IMG/VR virus record: IMGVR_UViG_3300027819_000006
DNA length: 64,000 bases
Strand: one strand, 5' to 3'
Source of the DNA: a virus
Lineage: Duplodnaviria; Caudoviricetes
Position numbers and translations under genes: made by a program. The notes below the pieces were generated by a model that was given only the letters and a program-made list of their open reading frames with translations, was not told the DNA's origin and made no database searches. Numbering within the stretch: position 1 is the stretch's first letter; each line of letters begins with the position of its first letter. Shown here piece after piece: positions 59,377 through 64,000 of this stretch.

Positions 59377-59410
59377 CAGTTATTTCTCCAATGAAATGTT
59401 TATGTTACAA

Positions 59411-59420
59411 AATAAATATA
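59411..59420 (-). promoter_or_regulatory. putative late promoter TATATTTATT for the tail tube gene
   Basis: recurrent motif, 35 nt upstream of the ATG. Confidence 0.55.
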
Positions 59421-59450
59421 TTTTAAAATGAAAATTTGACAAAACAACTG

Positions 59451-59479
59451 TTTACTTTTTAGCTCAAATTGTTTATATT
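59451..59479 (+). promoter_or_regulatory. sigma70-type promoter TTTACT-N17-TATATT
   Basis: 17-nt spacer; AAGGA SD and ATG 59503 follow. Confidence 0.55.
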
Positions 59480-59502
59480 TAATCATTACAAAAGGATAAA
59501 AT

Positions 59503-59790
59503 ATGAAACTCAAAAAAGTAAAATATATCAAATATCCTCCATATCCAGGTTGCAAAATTGAATGGCTTGGAAAAGAATTTGAATACAATAATAAGACTTG
59601 GAGAGTCATAGCATTTGTGAAAGATAGATGGATAGCTCCAATAGATGTTCAAGATATCAATTCTGGAGAAATACTATGCATGACTATGAAAGATGTTAGA
59701 GAATTATTTGAAGGATATACAGATCCTGCAACTCTAGCTCTTAGAATGTTTATGAAGAAATATGGTTATGATCCTACAAAGGGAGAGTAA
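59503..59790 (+). CDS. hypothetical protein
   Basis: 95 aa, SD, first gene of the plus-strand cassette. Confidence 0.7.
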   Translation: MKLKKVKYIKYPPYPGCKIEWLGKEFEYNNKTWRVIAFVKDRWIAPIDVQDINSGEILCMTMKDVRELFEGYTDPATLALRMFMKKYGYDPTKGE

Positions 59791-59792
59791 AA

Positions 59793-60011
59793 ATGGTTCT
59801 CAAAAATGTTACTGTTCATTCAAGCAAAGGTAAATTCTCAGTAAATGCTTTTGAATTTGAAAAGATTATTTTTGGAGACAAGTCTGCTAATGTTAATATT
59901 GCAATCAATGGAGCAATAAAGAAAGCAGTTGATTGGAAGCAGATTTTCATTAACAGAGAATTTGACATCTATTCTGGCTATGCAATCATTAATGGAAGTG
60001 TTACTATTTAA
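59793..60011 (+). CDS. hypothetical protein
   Basis: 72 aa, GGAG SD. Confidence 0.65.
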   Translation: MVLKNVTVHSSKGKFSVNAFEFEKIIFGDKSANVNIAINGAIKKAVDWKQIFINREFDIYSGYAIINGSVTI

Positions 60012-60023
60012 TAGGAGATTTAT

Positions 60024-60242
60024 ATGATTGATGAATCTGCTAGGCTTGCAAGCAAACATAAACAAGATGTAGATTCTATGATAGAAGAACTTATTAATAT
60101 GGGTGTTACAGATGAAGATTTACTCAATGAAGTTGAATTTGCTCAGACAGATGAAGATTATCAAGAGACTAATATTAATGGATTTATGGCAGATGAATGT
60201 GTCTATGAAAAAGTTAAAGAATGCATTCGATTGCTGTCCTAA
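60024..60242 (+). CDS. acidic hypothetical protein
   Basis: 72 aa, AGGAG SD. Confidence 0.65.
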   Translation: MIDESARLASKHKQDVDSMIEELINMGVTDEDLLNEVEFAQTDEDYQETNINGFMADECVYEKVKECIRLLS

Positions 60243-60352
60243 AAATCAAAAATCAGTAATATATATATATGTTCAAGTTATCAATGATTCAGATAAATAC
60301 ATTAGAACTTATTTTCCTGGCATAGATAGAAATCTTGCTTGGCTCAATGAAT

Positions 60353-60613
60353 ATGATGATTCTTAAACCTCAACAATTTAGTAGAACATACCCTATAACT
60401 ATAGCTTTTGCTGATGAATGTCTACTAAATAGAAATGAGATTGAATGTAGATCATTTGAAATGGTAGATCAATTAAAGTACAGCTAGAAATCTATTAAAA
60501 ATGACATTGAATATTTAGATGAAAGCGATTCAATGTCATTAAATAAAAATTATCTTAATCTACTGTTTGCCATTGAAAAAGTATTTATCACAGAGGATAA
60601 AGATTATGACTGA
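60353..60613 (+). pseudogene. 86-codon frame with an internal TAG (60485-60487)
   Basis: MMILKPQQ...LKYS*KSIKND...KDYD*; final TGA overlaps the start of the SufT-like gene. Confidence 0.45.
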
Positions 60614-60905
60614 AACTGAAATTATAGAAGTTTTAAAAAATATTTTTGATCCCGAAATTCCTGTTAACATTTATGATCTTGGACTTATTTATAAGATTTC
60701 TATAACTGATTCAAAAAATGTGCAAATAGAAATGACTTTAACATCTCCTTCTTGCCCTGTTGCTGAAAATTTATTATCCGAAGTAGAAAATAAAATATCG
60801 GCAATTCAAGATGTAAATAAGGTATATGTAGAATTAGTATGGGAACCTACTTGGAATCCCAATATGATGACTGAAGCAGCTAAAATGCAATTGAATATGT
60901 TATAA
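60606..60905 (+). CDS. sufT: SufT/PaaD-like (DUF59) Fe-S cluster assembly protein
   Basis: LKNIFDPEIPVNIYDLGLIY, MTLTSPSCPVA, VELVWEPTW; ATG at 60606 preferred. Confidence 0.9.
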   Translation: MTETEIIEVLKNIFDPEIPVNIYDLGLIYKISITDSKNVQIEMTLTSPSCPVAENLLSEVENKISAIQDVNKVYVELVWEPTWNPNMMTEAAKMQLNML

Positions 60906-60962
60906 AAAGACACTGTCAGCTTATAAGTAATCAATAAAGATTAGATTTTAGACACAAACAAT

Positions 60963-60995
60963 AAAACCGTATAGAAATTAAATCTATACGGTTTT
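60963..60995. terminator. bidirectional intrinsic terminator between convergent units
   Basis: aaaaccgtataga-N7-tctatacggtttt, 13-bp perfect stem. Confidence 0.8.
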
Positions 60996-61002
60996 AAAGC
61001 AT

Positions 61003-61035
61003 TTATTTATAACTATAGTCATATACTTTTCCCAT
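61003..61035 (-). CDS. 10-codon micro-ORF MGKVYDYSYK
   Basis: AGGAG SD, promoter-like motif at 61075-61084 upstream, terminator downstream. Confidence 0.35.
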   Translation of the reverse strand: MGKVYDYSYK

Positions 61036-61118
61036 TAAAAAATCTCCTAATTTAGATACATTGTATGCATACAATATAAATATACCAAGAGATTTAGTAA
61101 AAACAATATTATAGAACT

Positions 61119-63452
61119 TTAGTCAGAAAATGTAGCATTATTTGCACTTAATTGGAAATCTAGCAAGATCACTTCTGCTGTACTGGTTGGTTGTAACAAT
61201 ATCTTTCCTTTCATTATGTTGCGATCTATCAAATCAGGAGTTGTAGTAGTTTCATCTAATATAGCTCTGAATTGAGTCAACCCTCTTGCTGATTGTACAG
61301 ATGACAAGTAGTTATTGATCAGTCCTAATACTTGAGATCTTGTAGTAGCATCATTTGGTTGGAATACAAACAATCTAGAGAAGTTTGCAATAGTTTTTCT
61401 TACAGTAATCATCAATCTTCTGATATTAATTCTAGTCAGCAAAGATTCTTTTTTCTGTAGAGTCTTTTGTCCCCAAATTACAATTCCTTGTCCTGGGAAG
61501 TTTGCTACTGGATTTACTCTACCAAGATATAACTGATCTCTTTGTGTCTGTGTCAATTTACGTCTTACTTCTAGAACATTCTCAAGACCACCTCTATTGA
61601 ATCCTGCAGGTGCCCACCAAGGTTGTGCAATTCTGTCATTGAATGCATAAGCTCCCATTACTTCTACTGAAGGAGGTACCCAGACAATCTTGTTATTATC
61701 TGTATCATTAATTCTAATCCAAGGGAAGTATCCTGCTGCATAGTTTGTATCATATTTTGCTGCTTCAGTTACAGCGTTCGTAATAGACATTGCAAGACCA
61801 GCTCCAGTTGTAGTAGTGTCTGCTAAATCTAGAACATAGAATGCATCTCCTCTGCTTGATACCATGTCTACAACTCTTTGTGGAATATTCTGTACAGATG
61901 AAGAATGTACACCGGGTACAGCTATTAAGTTGAATACTGTTTCTTCTTGATTTGATAAAATATTTATTGCTTGTACAAAGTCTGCAGATGTTGTACCATC
62001 ATTTAATCCAGATAATGAATCTACTCTTGGATCATATCCATCAAATCCTCCCCACATAGGAACAGTAAATCTTAGAGGATTGGTTGAAGAATAGTTTCCA
62101 GAGTTTGATCCAGCCATATCAACGTTTGTATATGTTGTTATTGAACCTGATGCATTATAATCTGCTGTAAGTGCATAGAACAATAGACCAGTATCGTTTA
62201 TAGTTCCTGCAGATGCTGATGTTATTGTAGCTTTTGTTCTGTCATATACTCCAGATTTTGTGAAGTCAACACCCATGAATATATTATTGTCTACTACTGA
62301 TTGAGAATTTAATTCGCTTGTTACAGTAGGTAATGATGCAATAGCTGGTACCGGAGCAAATTTTTGAACTCCTGTATAACCACTGGGTCTTGCTCCTGCT
62401 GGAAATCCATCTTGTACTTCTACTCTAATTCTATCAGATTTATTTTCATAATTTCCATCATATACTATTGTTGGAGGAGTTGTAGTAAAATCATATGTTG
62501 GTTTCTTGTCACCAATTACTCGAGCGACGTAATTCTTAGAATTAGGGTCTAAATTAATATTAGTATAAGATTCTATAACTACCGGAGAAACATCAGTATC
62601 ATTAAAATCTCTTATAACTACTGTAAAGTTAGGATACGACGTAGAAGATGTATCGACGTTCGTTACAGATACTTTAAACAAACCATTAGAAGAGTTACCA
62701 TCTACTCTTGCAAATATTTGAAATAAGTTGTAAACTAAACCATTATAATTTTGAGAAACTAGCATTGGAGTTCTTGAAGGAGTGAATCCACCAGTTACCT
62801 GTGTTGAAGCTGCAGTTGCACTAGCATAAGAAGCATTAGCTGTTACTCCTGAGCTTACAGAACCTGTAATAGCTGCTACGTTATAATCAAATACAGCATC
62901 TACGTATAAAGCAGTTAAAGAATCGCCTGATTTAACATTTACTGGATCAGTTCCTAATACTTTTCTTATATATGCAGCAGAAGTATCAACCATAGATAAT
63001 CCATTAGCAGTTGCACTTCCTACTACAGCCAAAGAAAAGTTTGTTGGAGAGCCAGAAAGAAATACTTCTCCTGCTGTACCTCTAAATCTTAAAACTCCCA
63101 AAACAGTGTTAGATGCTGTAAGCCCTGATAGAACAACACCACTTGTAGGAAAAGCTAATAATACTGAAGTTCCTAAAGCTGCAGTTCCTCTGCCAAGAGT
63201 TCTAACTACTGTTAGATTGTTTGAATTTCTTAAATATGATTTTGCTGCATAGGGAGTATAGAGTGAAGGGCTTTGACTACCAAAAGTATTTCTGAATTCT
63301 GCATTATTTCGCACTACTTTTGGAATATAAGCAGGTCCTTTCTGTGTGGGTCCTACTAATACAGCTCCTATAGCTGCGGCTGCAACTGGAGCAGAGAATG
63401 AACTATCAATCTCTTGTGAATATGTACCTGGTGAGGCAAAAATTACTGGCAT
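61119..63452 (-). CDS. contractile tail sheath protein
   Basis: SPGTYSQEID, GPTQKGPAY, WWAPAGFNRG, IVIWGQKTLQ, RINIRRL. Confidence 0.95.
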   Translation of the reverse strand: MPVIFASPGTYSQEIDSSFSAPVAAAAIGAVLVGPTQKGPAYIPKVVRNNAEFRNTFGSQSPSLYTPYAAKSYLRNSNNLTVVRTLGRGTAALGTSVLLAFPTSGVVLSGLTASNTVLGVLRFRGTAGEVFLSGSPTNFSLAVVGSATANGLSMVDTSAAYIRKVLGTDPVNVKSGDSLTALYVDAVFDYNVAAITGSVSSGVTANASYASATAASTQVTGGFTPSRTPMLVSQNYNGLVYNLFQIFARVDGNSSNGLFKVSVTNVDTSSTSYPNFTVVIRDFNDTDVSPVVIESYTNINLDPNSKNYVARVIGDKKPTYDFTTTPPTIVYDGNYENKSDRIRVEVQDGFPAGARPSGYTGVQKFAPVPAIASLPTVTSELNSQSVVDNNIFMGVDFTKSGVYDRTKATITSASAGTINDTGLLFYALTADYNASGSITTYTNVDMAGSNSGNYSSTNPLRFTVPMWGGFDGYDPRVDSLSGLNDGTTSADFVQAINILSNQEETVFNLIAVPGVHSSSVQNIPQRVVDMVSSRGDAFYVLDLADTTTTGAGLAMSITNAVTEAAKYDTNYAAGYFPWIRINDTDNNKIVWVPPSVEVMGAYAFNDRIAQPWWAPAGFNRGGLENVLEVRRKLTQTQRDQLYLGRVNPVANFPGQGIVIWGQKTLQKKESLLTRINIRRLMITVRKTIANFSRLFVFQPNDATTRSQVLGLINNYLSSVQSARGLTQFRAILDETTTTPDLIDRNIMKGKILLQPTSTAEVILLDFQLSANNATFSD

Positions 63453-63541
63453 TTCTTTAATCTCCGAGAATACGTAAATTGTAGCTTTTAAATTTGTGGA
63501 TTGGGCTACATACGATAAAACACAATTCCACGTTCTATATA

Positions 63542-63551
63542 AATAAATATA
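63542..63551 (-). promoter_or_regulatory. putative late promoter TATATTTATT for the sheath gene
   Basis: recurrent motif just downstream of the upstream gene's terminator. Confidence 0.55.
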
Positions 63552-63576
63552 CTTGAAAAAAGCTCAAAAAACAAAC

Positions 63577-63604
63577 TAAGTCTGACATTTTCATATCAGA
63601 CTTA
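63577..63604 (-). terminator. intrinsic terminator
   Basis: taagtctga-N10-tcagactta stem followed by a T-rich tract on the minus strand. Confidence 0.7.
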
Positions 63605-63629
63605 AGAATGCTACTTATAGTATATTTTT

Positions 63630-63986
63630 CTATGTATTTCCTTCTACATTTGTTTTATTGATCTCTGACTCTACTTTAATTTTATAAGTAGTTCCCCATT
63701 CTTTCAAAAACATTGAAAGATTACTTGATATAGCTACTTTTATAGTCAAAATTACATCATGCCAGTTGATCTTACCAGAAGATATCGATACAGCATCTAA
63801 AAATGTATATATTGCTATTATTGCAGTATTAACTAAAGACCACTTTAATGCTCTTTTTAATCCACTGCTTTCTATATGTCCTGGTGAAGATGTTGTTGCA
63901 TCAGAAGTAGTTTTTAAATGTGGTTTGAAAATTGAAGCAAAATTCATTAAAAACCTGTAAATCCAGTCTTTTAATCTTCCAAACAT
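63630..63986 (-). CDS. small membrane protein (holin-like)
   Basis: two hydrophobic segments (WSLVNTAIIAIYTFL; VILTIKVAISSNL). Confidence 0.5.
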   Translation of the reverse strand: MFGRLKDWIYRFLMNFASIFKPHLKTTSDATTSSPGHIESSGLKRALKWSLVNTAIIAIYTFLDAVSISSGKINWHDVILTIKVAISSNLSMFLKEWGTTYKIKVESEINKTNVEGNT

Positions 63987-64000
63987 GTCCTTTCTCTGAA

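Noticed and set aside
60103-60366. 87-aa track ORF as annotated
   Set aside because: Overlaps 60024-60242 out of frame for most of its length; only the 3' part may belong to a small frameshifted gene starting near 60221
18967-60487. Stop-codon reassignment suggested by in-frame TAA (18967, 31069) and TAG (60485)
   Set aside because: Many tightly packed genes end in TAA or TAG (for example TAG at 17193, 26812, 36898), long genes have no internal stops, and the same accessory genes also carry frameshifts
41544-63452. Bacterial contractile injection system or T6SS instead of a phage
   Set aside because: Very long tape measure, phage sigma, free-standing homing nucleases, introns and dense small hypothetical genes indicate a large myophage
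1-64000. CRISPR array, tRNA or rRNA genes
   Set aside because: No regularly spaced repeats or cloverleaf/rRNA signatures seen by eye; a tRNAscan run could still find something

Overview
AT-rich (roughly 28% GC by eye) segment of a large T4-like/'huge' myovirus genome, almost entirely coded on the minus strand. Left ~15 kb: a sugar-nucleotide/glycosylation cluster (two GT9-containing multidomain glycosyltransferases, HldE-type adenylyltransferase, epimerase, RmlC, RmlD) interleaved with unrelated small proteins that share a 15-residue CxC-x8-GCxC module (9 copies). From ~17 kb to 64 kb: a contractile-tail morphogenesis module (LamG proteins, baseplate, sigma-like factor, tape measure, tail assembly chaperone with a -1 slippery site, tube, sheath). 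It is interspersed with about 17 small genes sharing an N-terminal MKLxxL(L)E / LxxxIKEE leader, probably a capsid-targeting/prohead-protease signal; their cargo domains include ADP-ribosyltransferase-like, Acb1-like 2H-phosphoesterase and papain-like folds. The window also holds three ORF-less group I introns in structural genes and five free-standing NUMOD3/zinc-finger endonuclease genes. Two of these endonuclease genes carry an architecture-conserved interleaved double inverted-repeat leader, and one is flanked by a duplicated 5' end of its target gene. Many accessory genes are broken by frameshifts or stops while all long core genes are intact. All homology calls come from motif recognition by eye; no searches were run.
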